A stretch of DNA of 64,000 nucleotides from an uncultured Roseiflexaceae bacterium (GTDB lineage: Bacteria; Chloroflexota; Chloroflexia; Chloroflexales; Roseiflexaceae): NCBI GenBank assembly GCA_937988885.1, contig CALKHR010000034.1:23310-87309 (forward strand). The letters run 5' to 3'. The position numbers and the translations under genes are program-made. The notes beneath the pieces are model-generated. The model had not been told where the DNA came from. It ran no database searches and worked only from the letters and a program-made list of their open reading frames with translations. Shown piece by piece: positions 8,133 through 17,841 of the stretch (position 1 is the stretch's first letter; each line of letters starts with the position of its first letter).

Positions 8133-9561
8133 ATGTCCACGACTATTGTAGCACCGACTTGCCCATTGCCTTCCTGCAACCTGACCGAGCAGGATGTCCA
8201 GGAGTTACGTTCACAGCTCGACGCCTTTGTCACTCAATTTAACTCCTGTTTTGCTCGTGCCGACCAGCACGCTTGGGCTCACGCGTATCTCCAGGGTTTG
8301 CTTAGCGATCTTCCACGCAAGTCTATCAAACCTCGCGTTGGCTTTTGGTTTGTCGATACGCTCGCTACGAGCCTTCATCGGAAACAGCCCTTGGGACTAT
8401 GAACCGCTCTTGGCCCAGCAGCAAGCCCTCATGGCTCAAACTCTTGGTGACGAGGATGGCGTCTTGTTGGTCGATGAATCTGGCATGCCCAAACAAGGTC
8501 TGCATTCCGTTGGTGTCGCTCGCCAATACTGTGGCGCGCTTGGCAAGGTTACCTCCTGTCAGATGGGTGTGTTTATCGGCTATGCCACCACCAAGGGCTG
8601 TATCCTGGTGGATGGTCGCTTGTTTGTACCAGAGTGCTGGTTTGATGACGACCATGGTACCTTACGTGCCGAGGTTGGCATGCCTGCCGAGTTGACCTTT
8701 CAAACCAAACCTCAATTGGCTGTGCAATTGCTTGAGGCGATTGTCAAACGCGGTGTCTTGCAGGCGCGCTGAGTGGTAGCTAATGCGCTCTATGGCGATA
8801 GTCCTGCCTTTCGTGATGCAGTCGCAGCGATGGACCTATGGTACTTTACCGAGGTAGCCTGCTCGCAACTGATCTGGCGACGTCATCCGGCAGTGATTGT
8901 TTCTGCCTGGAAGGGTAAAGGACGTAAACCGACGCGTATGCAACTGAAAACACCGAGCAATCAACCATATCGTGTGGATGAACTGCTGTGGCGCTTGCCA
9001 AAGAGAGCTTGGATACGCGGAACCGTCAAGGAGGGCAGTAAAGGACCAATTGTGTGTGACTTCGCGTTTGTGTGTGTGACCGAAGCACGTGCTGGACTGC
9101 CAGGACCGCGACTGTGGCTGGTGATCCGACGAAACGTAAACGATCCCAGAGTGGTGAAGTACTATCTGTGCAATGCGCCAGAAACGATCGATACGGCACG
9201 GCTGGTGCGGATGTGTGGGATGCGCTGGCCGATTGAGCGGACATTTGAGGTCAGCAAAGACGAACTGGGCCTGGATCAGTACGAAACGCGCTCGTGGCTG
9301 GGTTGGCACCATCATATGAGTTTAGTGTTGCTAGCGCACCAATTTTTGGTATGGGTACGGGTACAGTGGCAGGAGCGAGCGCCAACCCTGACGCTGGCAC
9401 AGGTGCGACTATTGTTGACAAGTGTGATCCCGAAGTTGGTGCGGGACGCGACACGGGCGCTGATGATGGTGTGCTACTATCAACGGCGCAACCATGCCGC
9501 CTACCTTTCACATCGCAAACGCAAGTTGGCTTCGCTCGGTGCGCTTGATCCTGCGTTGTAA
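8133..9561 (+). pseudogene. IS701-family (IS4 superfamily) transposase, inactivated by a frameshift (about 8395-8405) and an in-frame TGA replacing conserved Trp (8770-8772)
   Basis: Three track ORFs (8079-8402, 8194-8772, 8773-9561) together form one IS701-type transposase (YGDSPAFRDAV, RWPIERTFEVSKDELGLDQYETRSWLGWHHHM); VLQAR-TGA-VVANALYGDS where intact copies have W. Confidence 0.7.
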
Positions 9562-9894
9562 TATTAGGTTATCGTTTTATATTGTTACTCGCACCAATCT
9601 AGGTACTTATGTCCGAGAGTGTTTAGGCCGTGTTATTGGGCGATGGTGGGTTTGATGGTACTGAATTGCAAGAGCATCTGCGAAACTCAATTGGTCATAT
9701 GTTTGAGGTAGTTATAATCACACCAACTCAGATGATGTGATGACGAAAGCCTACGGTTCAATCACACCGCAGGCCTTCTGAGAACACACTTCAAGGAACC
9801 AATCTGAGAAATCTAGATGCTATTGTAAAGTTGTACAAGAAGCAAGCATATAGTGTTATCGTTTTGTTGCAATCATAAAACGTGGTGATATACA

Positions 9895-11094
9895 CTATGG
9901 GGCGTATGGTGTTCCCTGCATTCCTGATTTATCACAAAAGTTTTTGAAATCGCAAACAGTACAGTTTTCTGGTTTTGGAATGGCTTCCCAAGACTGTGAA
10001 ATAGATGCACCTGCTTTCTCTTTGCTGATCGATAACTCAATATTTGAAACAACATTATCAAATTCTTGTAGACTTTGGCTGATCGTATGCTTTGTAATTG
10101 GTACTATGTGGATAGCACGTTGCAGACGATAGGCATCTGAAAGTTGTGGCAATGTATCTCTACGTCTCTTCGGATTCCAGGATGCCAAAACCTCTGCATC
10201 CTTCCCATTTGGCAGAATATCTGTTTTGGGTGCTCCATTGCCATGAATCTCTTCCCATAGATGTGTCAGATCCGTTTGGCTTGGCTCTAATTCATTCACA
10301 AATATGAGCATGCCAGCTAATACCTGATGGGAGTTTGCTTGTTGTTCACGTAGCCAAGCATAGGTTTGCAATTGCCATTCGTATTTTTGCAATGTATTAT
10401 CGGCAGGATCGTTGCTGGGGCGTCGCATGCCTTTATAGTCCACAATTATCTCAAACTGAGGTCGTGATAGATGTGACTGTTGCTTATGTGCCTCAGAGAT
10501 CATTTGCTGAATTTCTGAGTGGTTGAGGAGTGCTTGTAAAAGGATGTTGCTTGGATCGACTGCAGCCAATTGCAGAGATGTTAAAACATCTACTACCCCT
10601 GAGACTTCATAGTAATTGGAACGGGGCGTCGTCCCTTGTAGGTCTGGCATAGTTCGAATGCCTCGGAGACGCACTTCTGCTTGATCGATTAACAGAAATA
10701 AATATCTACCAATCTGGTTAATTAGCTTACGTGCGCGCACTTGAGCTATCTTAAGCATGGCTTGATTTCGATAGCGTAAACCCTGTGCAGCTAAGCGATT
10801 AATGATAGTGTTTTCAATATCTTCAAGCGTAGGAATATCCCAAGGGAAGGTCAATAATGGTCCAATGCCCTCGCCCGCCATCATAGCCTCTCGTTGATCG
10901 TGCCAACGTCGGTATGCTTCCTCCATAACACCGTGAATAAATTGGCCGAACCATAGTTGTACAGGTTTGGAGGGTGGTAGTGCACCACGATTATGATATC
11001 GATATTGGCGACCACAACTCATAAAGGATAAGAGATCGCCTGTTAAGCTATAGGAAGGAATAATATATGGTTCAGGCCGAGTTGACAGGCTCAC
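9895..11094 (-). CDS. Cas4/AddB-like PD-(D/E)XK nuclease with four-Cys Fe-S cluster motif
   Basis: N-terminal Cys (FMSCGRQYRY), RecB motif EIIVDYKG, C-terminal CTVCDFKNFC; 21 bp downstream of the UvrD-like gene (operon). Confidence 0.6.
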   Translation of the reverse strand: MSLSTRPEPYIIPSYSLTGDLLSFMSCGRQYRYHNRGALPPSKPVQLWFGQFIHGVMEEAYRRWHDQREAMMAGEGIGPLLTFPWDIPTLEDIENTIINRLAAQGLRYRNQAMLKIAQVRARKLINQIGRYLFLLIDQAEVRLRGIRTMPDLQGTTPRSNYYEVSGVVDVLTSLQLAAVDPSNILLQALLNHSEIQQMISEAHKQQSHLSRPQFEIIVDYKGMRRPSNDPADNTLQKYEWQLQTYAWLREQQANSHQVLAGMLIFVNELEPSQTDLTHLWEEIHGNGAPKTDILPNGKDAEVLASWNPKRRRDTLPQLSDAYRLQRAIHIVPITKHTISQSLQEFDNVVSNIELSISKEKAGASISQSWEAIPKPENCTVCDFKNFCDKSGMQGTPYAP

Positions 11095-11115
11095 AATATC
11101 ACCTCGTACTTTACT

Positions 11116-13455
11116 TTAAATATATACAATATTAGGTACGATTGGCCAACGTAGACCATTCGGAGAAGGATCTCTCCGATTCCAACCCAGTGCAATATTA
11201 GGGATTTTTGAATTGGGTTGATGCGTTTTTGGATCACGCAATCCTACCAATAAAAGGACATCTTGTGGACGGCTGAAAGCTACGAAATATAAGCGAAGTA
11301 AATCATCAAAGGCTCGGTCAAGTGCTGAACGTTTCGGTGTCAAGAGTGGAGAATGAGGACGAAGCGCATCCTCCAAGGCTTGCGGGCGACCATGTTGAGT
11401 GGGGAAGCGCTTAAAATGTTGTTTCCAATGGTTCCTTTTAAAATCGCTACCCACATCGACGATCACTAGAGGAAACTCTAAGCCTTTTGCTTGATGGATA
11501 GAAAGAATATTGAGACGATCCCGCGGAGTGGTTTCTAAAAGATCCTCATCGATTTCAATGTGGCCAGCAGCGAGAGGAGCTAAAATATCGTTGATTGCAG
11601 CCTCAACCGAAGCCTCATCAAATGAAGTTCCTGTGAAGATTTCTGCATTGTATCGACTGAAATGCGCAGATTGAGCCATAATGCGCGTAATAGCTTCCAA
11701 ATACACTAATCCTTCAGCATCCTCTTGCATTTCAGGTATCCATACGATTAAGTTGTAGAGTAACTCTATCAACCTAACAGACTGTGGCCAACCAGAACCA
11801 TGTTGTGGTTTCCGATCTTTCCAAGCTTGTACAAACTCCCCTAATGAATGCCGACGTATTCCTGGTGCTGGTGGGTTTGTTGCAATATATTCATTCGCCT
11901 TAGAACGCCAATCATTGAGGGTGTTGTATACATCGTTGGGTAATTTCCTGATGAGTCTGTTGGTCTGGACATCACCTTTGGGATCAATGCACTCTAGGAT
12001 TAAACCACAAATGCGTGCAACACTTTCAATTTCACTAAATTCCTGTCCCCGTGGATTAAAGACTCGGATCGATGGCAATAGGGCTTGTCGTAATAGCAAT
12101 GGCAAGCGTGGTTTTTTGCTACTGCTATATTCTTGTGGTGAACTTGATAGGAGAGCAATATCACCAACAGAGCCAGCCGAGGGGTTAATTGGAATATGAA
12201 CGTTACCGTGTTGTGTTGCGATAGTTCTTCCCTTATCAACAACGTCTTGAATAAAGGTTACGAGATCTGTAGCGAGACACTGAAGATCATCGCGAAACAT
12301 TGCTAAGATAGGGTATTCAACCGATGGTGTTGCTCGTCCTGCGATTAAAGGTGGCTTTCCTGCTACACGTGCCGCACTATAGTCAGGATCGTGTTGAAGG
12401 TACTTCATCGTATATTCAACAATTGAAGGGGTTGATCGATAGTTAGTATTTAAATAAATTGTTTGAGAAAGGATCCCTGTAGCGTCTTCGAGTCGATGTA
12501 CAAAATCACGGAACAAATCAACTGTTGCTCCGCGAAAACGATAGAGTGATTGATCATCATCTCCAACTACAGTTATCGATCCTTTATTTGCATGAGCAGC
12601 ACGAGCTAGAGTGAAATAGATTGACTCTTGAAGTAGATTGGTATCTTGATATTCATCTACTAAAACTACTTGAAGCGTATCTGTAAAACGTTTTAATGAA
12701 CCATCTTTTAGTCGTTGATAAAAACTTTGTTCTAATGATGCAAAATCGAGCACCTGTATGCTATCAAGATATTGTTCATAGGCGTCAATTACCTCAAAAA
12801 GTGCATTCACTTCAGTAGGTTGAGAGGCTCGAAATTGTTCTCTATCAACTTGATCATGAATGAAGCGTTGGCGGATCTCGCTAGCAAGTGAGGCAATATG
12901 ATGCGTAAGAATAGAATCTTCGCAGCATAAATTTTTGAGGTACAATTTTAGCGCTAGATTATTCCAAGCATTAGTTTCAAGGACTCCCTTACGGAACATA
13001 AACGTTCGACCAATAAACTCATCGATCATTACTGGAGGCTGCATTCCTGCTGAACGAAAATCAAGAAGCACCTGTTGTGCAATACTGTCAAGAGTTCCTA
13101 TGAATATTTGATTGAGATCGAGGCGTTCTAACCACTGTTGCTGTTCCTGATTTGCTTTAGATTTTAGGGTATCACGTAAATTATCTCCCCATCCAAGGAT
13201 GCGCGAGCGCAACTCAGCAGCAGCTCGCTTGGTAAAGGTTGTTGCAAGGATAGTGCTCGGAGGCACCTTATCCACAAATATAAGTTTTAATACTCGGAGT
13301 GCCAGTACAGTAGTTTTGCCACTACCTGGACCTGCCACTAGAAAGAGCGAATGCCCTTTATCCGCTGTTACAGCCTGATGTTGTTGTTTATTTGTAGTAA
13401 GATGTTTATCTAGTGCGACAGCAGTAGCATCTAAAAAATCTGGTAACTGAAACAT
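11116..13455 (-). CDS. UvrD/Rep/PcrA-family SF1 DNA helicase
   Basis: Motifs I GPGSGKTT, Ia TTFTKRAAAEL, II VLVDEYQDTN, III VGDDDQSLYRFRGA, IV NYRST, VI IHQAKGLEFPLV. Confidence 0.85.
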   Translation of the reverse strand: MFQLPDFLDATAVALDKHLTTNKQQHQAVTADKGHSLFLVAGPGSGKTTVLALRVLKLIFVDKVPPSTILATTFTKRAAAELRSRILGWGDNLRDTLKSKANQEQQQWLERLDLNQIFIGTLDSIAQQVLLDFRSAGMQPPVMIDEFIGRTFMFRKGVLETNAWNNLALKLYLKNLCCEDSILTHHIASLASEIRQRFIHDQVDREQFRASQPTEVNALFEVIDAYEQYLDSIQVLDFASLEQSFYQRLKDGSLKRFTDTLQVVLVDEYQDTNLLQESIYFTLARAAHANKGSITVVGDDDQSLYRFRGATVDLFRDFVHRLEDATGILSQTIYLNTNYRSTPSIVEYTMKYLQHDPDYSAARVAGKPPLIAGRATPSVEYPILAMFRDDLQCLATDLVTFIQDVVDKGRTIATQHGNVHIPINPSAGSVGDIALLSSSPQEYSSSKKPRLPLLLRQALLPSIRVFNPRGQEFSEIESVARICGLILECIDPKGDVQTNRLIRKLPNDVYNTLNDWRSKANEYIATNPPAPGIRRHSLGEFVQAWKDRKPQHGSGWPQSVRLIELLYNLIVWIPEMQEDAEGLVYLEAITRIMAQSAHFSRYNAEIFTGTSFDEASVEAAINDILAPLAAGHIEIDEDLLETTPRDRLNILSIHQAKGLEFPLVIVDVGSDFKRNHWKQHFKRFPTQHGRPQALEDALRPHSPLLTPKRSALDRAFDDLLRLYFVAFSRPQDVLLLVGLRDPKTHQPNSKIPNIALGWNRRDPSPNGLRWPIVPNIVYI

Positions 13456-13858
13456 AATTACGGAACAGTCCTTTGCTATTTATAAGGTTCCTATGTTATG
13501 CAGCTTTACTATAGTGGGGATTGATAAAACATTACCTATCGAGTGATGCTAATTATTTACTAGAAAGCAAAAATTACAATTGAGTAAGGAGTCTCATTGG
13601 GAAACCGTTTGTAAAGGAGGAGTAAGAGACTCTACAAACTAGAGTTTACATTGGTTGCTCTATGGGCAGGCGTGCAAATACGTTGTAGAGTGAGAGTGGG
13701 TTGTAGCTGTGTTCGAAGAGTGTATTGAGTTTGCCCTTGCACCATATACGTCCCATTGAACTTCCCATATAACGACGAACTCTTTTTATTCTACCAACAC
13801 GTAAGCACCAGAACAGCACCACGGAGCACAACTCCTTCCTAACAGTTCCACATTGCTA

Positions 13859-14980
13859 TTACCCCCGTGGCGTGCGGTACGGGCCAAGGTATCGCTGGAC
13901 CAAGGCGAGGTCGAACTGATTTTGTAAGGTGGTGCGGGCGCCTTCGGCGGTGGCGTCGAGCGCGCGCCCGATCTGCTTGCAGATCGCGTCGGCCAGGAAC
14001 TGCGGCAGTGGCTCCTGCACGCCATTGACCTGCAACGCGCTGCGGAAGGTCGCGAGCACCGCCCCCAACGGCTCGCGGGCGATCAGCGCGGCGGGCAGTT
14101 CGAGCCGATACGCTGGCCCTGTCTCGTCGGGGCGGTAGTAGATCACGTAGAGTTGGCCGTAGCCATGCTCGATCGCCATACGGCGCTCATTGAAATCGCG
14201 CAGATTGTTTGAGCGGTAGCCCGTCAGCAAGTGCGGGCGATCCTGCTTGATCAGCGGTACGGGCAACGAATGTTCACCCGCCTCCAGCACCGTGCTCCAC
14301 AGCGTGCGATCGGTGACGGTGCCCGAGAGGTGCGGCGCCAGTGCTGCCACATCGTCGGCGGCGGTGGCCTGCTTGGGGTGCGCAACCACACGCCGACACT
14401 CCAACACCAATCGCCAGTCCTGCTCATCGAAGAACTGTTCGAGCACCCTGCGGAACGGCGCCCACCAGCCCGGCATCTGCTCGCTGCGCGAGTCCTGCGC
14501 AAAGCGCATCAGCAGGCGGTTGACCTCGAGCAGCGCCGAGTAGAACGAACCATCCAAAACGAACAGACCTGTGCTGGTGGCGCGAATGCGCTTCGCCAAC
14601 AGCCGCAACTCCAGGATCGTGCGTAGACCGCCTAGAATGCTCTCCAACTCCTCGACGGGCGGCATCAGTTGCACCAGTACCGATTGATCGGTTAGGCTCG
14701 CCTCCTCGACGGCGACCGCCGCAACCGCCGCGAACGTTGCGCCAGCGGCGGGCACGGTGGCATGTGCGCCGTCAACCGCGCACAATCGCCGCACCGGGCC
14801 GTTGGGAGCCTTGCGAATCCGGCGCGCCAAAGCCTCGCGCAGACGGTCGCGGTCGCCTTCGAGTTGGAGCAACGTCTCGCGACAGGCATCGGCGCAGGCG
14901 TTGATCGCCGCGAGCACCGCCGCCGGCAACGCCGCAGGATCAAGCTCGTTGGGAGTTCCTGTCAAAGTGTGTGTGGTCAT
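13859..14980 (-). CDS. hypothetical protein, possible NurA-like nuclease domain
   Basis: 373 aa GC-rich ORF; VLDGSFYSALLE resembles the NurA (I/V)DGS catalytic motif; no HerA partner adjacent. Confidence 0.3.
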   Translation of the reverse strand: MTTHTLTGTPNELDPAALPAAVLAAINACADACRETLLQLEGDRDRLREALARRIRKAPNGPVRRLCAVDGAHATVPAAGATFAAVAAVAVEEASLTDQSVLVQLMPPVEELESILGGLRTILELRLLAKRIRATSTGLFVLDGSFYSALLEVNRLLMRFAQDSRSEQMPGWWAPFRRVLEQFFDEQDWRLVLECRRVVAHPKQATAADDVAALAPHLSGTVTDRTLWSTVLEAGEHSLPVPLIKQDRPHLLTGYRSNNLRDFNERRMAIEHGYGQLYVIYYRPDETGPAYRLELPAALIAREPLGAVLATFRSALQVNGVQEPLPQFLADAICKQIGRALDATAEGARTTLQNQFDLALVQRYLGPYRTPRG

Positions 14981-15225
14981 AGGCGGCTCTTATCGCTAGC
15001 AAGCGTTCAACTTCAGCACTACGAACACCTGTGCGTAGTATAGCATAGAGCGCAAGTTTGCTATTGGCATCGCGCGGTATCCCTGGTATACTCGCAGTAC
15101 ACACGTTTGGATTGATGCTTGCTTCGATTCGGGATCGCGCTGTCATCCCACAACCAACAGCCATCGCTGTTTGCTATTGCCTACCCACGTTTCGTTTCCT
15201 CGTTTGTATCATCGTAGGGAGCGTC

Positions 15226-16299
15226 ATGCTGCCGAAGCCCTTACAGAGATCACAACTCCCCTTCACCATCCTATTTACATGTCTTTGCGCCTTGATCTTC
15301 TGGTTGGTACATTCCTACGTAGATATCATCGCGCTAGCGTTGGTGATGGTGATAATTCTCAAGCCGCTGTACGATCGTATCTACATCCGCCTTAATCGTC
15401 ACGATGGCGCCGCCGTGTGGGTCACACTGCTGATCTTTTTCCTCGTTGTGATTATCCCCACGCTGTTCGTTTGGCAGGTGGTGAGCGCCCAGTTAGCTAC
15501 ATTTATTGCCTCATTTCAACAACCAAATGCGGTGCAACAAATTATTGACACGATCAATATGACGCTCGATGATTTATTGGGCCGCGATATTCAGGTGAGT
15601 GCCGCGCTTCAAGAGCAGATTCAGCAGATCTTGCTCAGCCTTACGAGTTGGCTTGCGAGTGTAGCGCTTGGGATGGGCACACAAATCGCCGACCTCGTTT
15701 CGCGCGTGATCATTTTTGTCGGCATTGTGGCTTCGCTTCTGCCTCGTTACGATGAGGTTGTGCGGCGAATCAGGCAATTTAGCCCGCTGAGTGACGAGCT
15801 CGATACGCTCTTTTTGTCGAAGATCAAAGTGACCGTGCAGGCGATGTTCTTGGGCATTTTTGTGATCGCCGTGGCACAAGGTTTGGTGTGTGGAATCTTT
15901 TTCTGGATCGCTGGCGTGCCCTATGCGCCGCTTTGGACGCTGCTCGCCGTGGTGGCCTCGCTGTTCCCGTTGGGCGCGAGCCTGGTGGCCGTGCCGATCG
16001 GCATTTTTCAGATCGTGATAGGCGATTATATTCAGGGCACGGTTGTGATCATCGGCTATTTTCTTGTAGTCTCGAATGTGGATACGCTGCTGCGCCCGCG
16101 TTTGGTGCCCAAAGAGGCCGAGATGAATTTTGTGTTGGTGCTGTTGAGCGCGTTGGGAGGCCTCGAACTGTTTGGCTTCTTCGGCGTGGTCTATGGCCCG
16201 GTGTTGATGGTCGTCTTTCTCACGGCGCTTTCGGTCTATGAGGCACAGCTTGTCGCCTCGACCCCAACCGTGCCCGAGCAGGAGGTGAGTGATGCCTAA
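15226..16299 (+). CDS. AI-2E family transporter (PerM/YhhT-like, UPF0118) membrane protein
   Basis: 8 TM polytopic protein with AI-2E-type C-terminal region (GVPYAPLWTLLAVVASLFPLGASLVAVPIGI); in-frame ATG 15226 with AGGGA RBS. Confidence 0.75.
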   Translation: MLPKPLQRSQLPFTILFTCLCALIFWLVHSYVDIIALALVMVIILKPLYDRIYIRLNRHDGAAVWVTLLIFFLVVIIPTLFVWQVVSAQLATFIASFQQPNAVQQIIDTINMTLDDLLGRDIQVSAALQEQIQQILLSLTSWLASVALGMGTQIADLVSRVIIFVGIVASLLPRYDEVVRRIRQFSPLSDELDTLFLSKIKVTVQAMFLGIFVIAVAQGLVCGIFFWIAGVPYAPLWTLLAVVASLFPLGASLVAVPIGIFQIVIGDYIQGTVVIIGYFLVVSNVDTLLRPRLVPKEAEMNFVLVLLSALGGLELFGFFGVVYGPVLMVVFLTALSVYEAQLVASTPTVPEQEVSDA

Positions 16300-16681
16300 T
16301 CCACACGCAGCGCAGTTTGCTGGGCGCTGGATCGGCGAGACGCAGGGCTACGAGATGCCCGCGCATATTTGGGATATTCGCGTGGTCGGCGATACGCTGT
16401 ATATCGAATCGCGCTGGGAGAACGATACCGCACTGGGGCGGATGTCCGGCAGAATGCACGCCGAGCAGGCGAGCTTCACGATAGGCCGTCATACCGCCGT
16501 GCTCGTCGATCCCCAGCACTTTATCATTCCTGGCTGGGATACCAACGATACGCGCGGCGGTATTGGCCCCGATTATGATGTGGTCTTTTCGCGCCCCGGC
16601 CTGCCCGAACTACAAGCCAGCCAAGTGTGGGAACGCTTTCGGGCCGCGCAGTCGGAGGGCACGCCCGAAGCGCAAGACTAG
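16295..16681 (+). CDS. hypothetical protein (about 128 aa)
   Basis: ORF overlapping stop of upstream gene by 4 nt (ATGCCTAA); no family recognised. Confidence 0.35.
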   Translation, partial: PNPHAAQFAGRWIGETQGYEMPAHIWDIRVVGDTLYIESRWENDTALGRMSGRMHAEQASFTIGRHTAVLVDPQHFIIPGWDTNDTRGGIGPDYDVVFSRPGLPELQASQVWERFRAAQSEGTPEAQD

Positions 16682-17841
16682 CTGTGCTTCAGCAGAGGCA
16701 CCACCTGCCCAAACGGGAAGCGCTGCGCTTGCAGGCCGCCCGGCGTCACCACCCACAGCACCGGCAAACGCGGCGCTTGCTTGGGAAAATGCCCGAACCC
16801 ATCGGTCATGTAAATCGCCACCGATGGCTCCCACGGCGGGCGGTGCTTGGGGATCTGCTCGAAGAACGGGCGAAAGTCGGTGCCGCCGCCGCCCATTGGC
16901 TGCGGCAACTCGCCACGGGCATTGAGCTTATGCGGGCCGTACAGCTTGGTATCGGCGAAGTAGAGCAGGCAGCGCAGATGCGGGTAACTGCGCATAATCG
17001 CCTGTACCTCGCTCAAAAAGAGTTGCACGCTGGCCTGATCGATCGAGCCGCTGGTATCCACGCCCAACAATACCGTTAGGCTTGTGCTGCTGATCGTCTC
17101 CAGGTACATGCCCCGGCCCACGAAGCGTCGGTCGTAATCCTCGAAGTCGGTGGGCGTTTTGACCAGGAACCGCCACAGCAGGCTGCGCCAATCGAGTTTG
17201 CAGGGCGAGAGCGCCCCCAGTTCGCGCGCGAACTCACCCGCTCCATGGCCGATCTGCTGCTGTTCGGCGTACTCTCGGGCCTGCTCCTGCGCGTGCTGCC
17301 AGTGCCGCTCAAGCTCCTGCTTCCGCGCCTCGGCATCGCCTGTCTGCTCGCCTGATGCGTTCTCGGCATCGGCGGGCGGCCCCTCCAACAGATCATCGGG
17401 TTGGTTCTTCCCCTGCTTCTGCTGATCCTGCTGCTTCTGAATCAGGATGTCGTAGACTTCCTCGGTGCTCAGATGCTCCAACTGTGGGTTGCGCAGCCCG
17501 CCTTCCGGCAATTCATACCGCTCCTTGAGCAGCATGCCGTTGATCACAATATCGGCGGCGACGTTCCACAGCTTCGGGTCGCGCCCGCCGCGCCGTGGCA
17601 AGTGCAGCAGCGCCGCGTGCAGCACCTCGTGCGCCAAGAGTCCATCGAGTTGCGCGGGTGTCTGTTTCACCACGAACTCTGGATTGACATAAATCGTCCG
17701 TCCGTCGGTGGCGGCGGTTGGGATGTGATGGCTGATCTCAAACTGGGCGAATAGCGCCAACGAACTGAAGAACGCGCTGCGCTGTTGCATGCGTTGAAGT
17801 GAGGCGCTGATCGCTTTGGCGGTGGCGGGATCGAGTTTCAT
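16678..17841 (-). CDS. VWA-domain protein with N-terminal putative zincin-like metallopeptidase domain (DUF2201-like, HEVLH motif), MoxR partner
   Basis: HEVLHAALLH motif, C-terminal VWA (LGVDTSGS ... MTDG); 4-nt overlap with upstream AAA ATPase gene. Confidence 0.65.
   Translation of the reverse strand: MKLDPATAKAISASLQRMQQRSAFFSSLALFAQFEISHHIPTAATDGRTIYVNPEFVVKQTPAQLDGLLAHEVLHAALLHLPRRGGRDPKLWNVAADIVINGMLLKERYELPEGGLRNPQLEHLSTEEVYDILIQKQQDQQKQGKNQPDDLLEGPPADAENASGEQTGDAEARKQELERHWQHAQEQAREYAEQQQIGHGAGEFARELGALSPCKLDWRSLLWRFLVKTPTDFEDYDRRFVGRGMYLETISSTSLTVLLGVDTSGSIDQASVQLFLSEVQAIMRSYPHLRCLLYFADTKLYGPHKLNARGELPQPMGGGGTDFRPFFEQIPKHRPPWEPSVAIYMTDGFGHFPKQAPRLPVLWVVTPGGLQAQRFPFGQVVPLLKHS

Noticed and set aside
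8194-8772. Separate genes for track ORFs 8194-8772 and 8345-8695
   Set aside because: They are frames of the same disrupted IS701 transposase (and an overlapping alternative frame), not independent genes.
8044-9640. Terminal inverted repeats of the IS701-family element
   Set aside because: Candidate ends (ggaaacacggactgcact, and the reverse complement of aacacggcctaaacact) match only about 60%. Ends may be eroded, so no confident boundary call.
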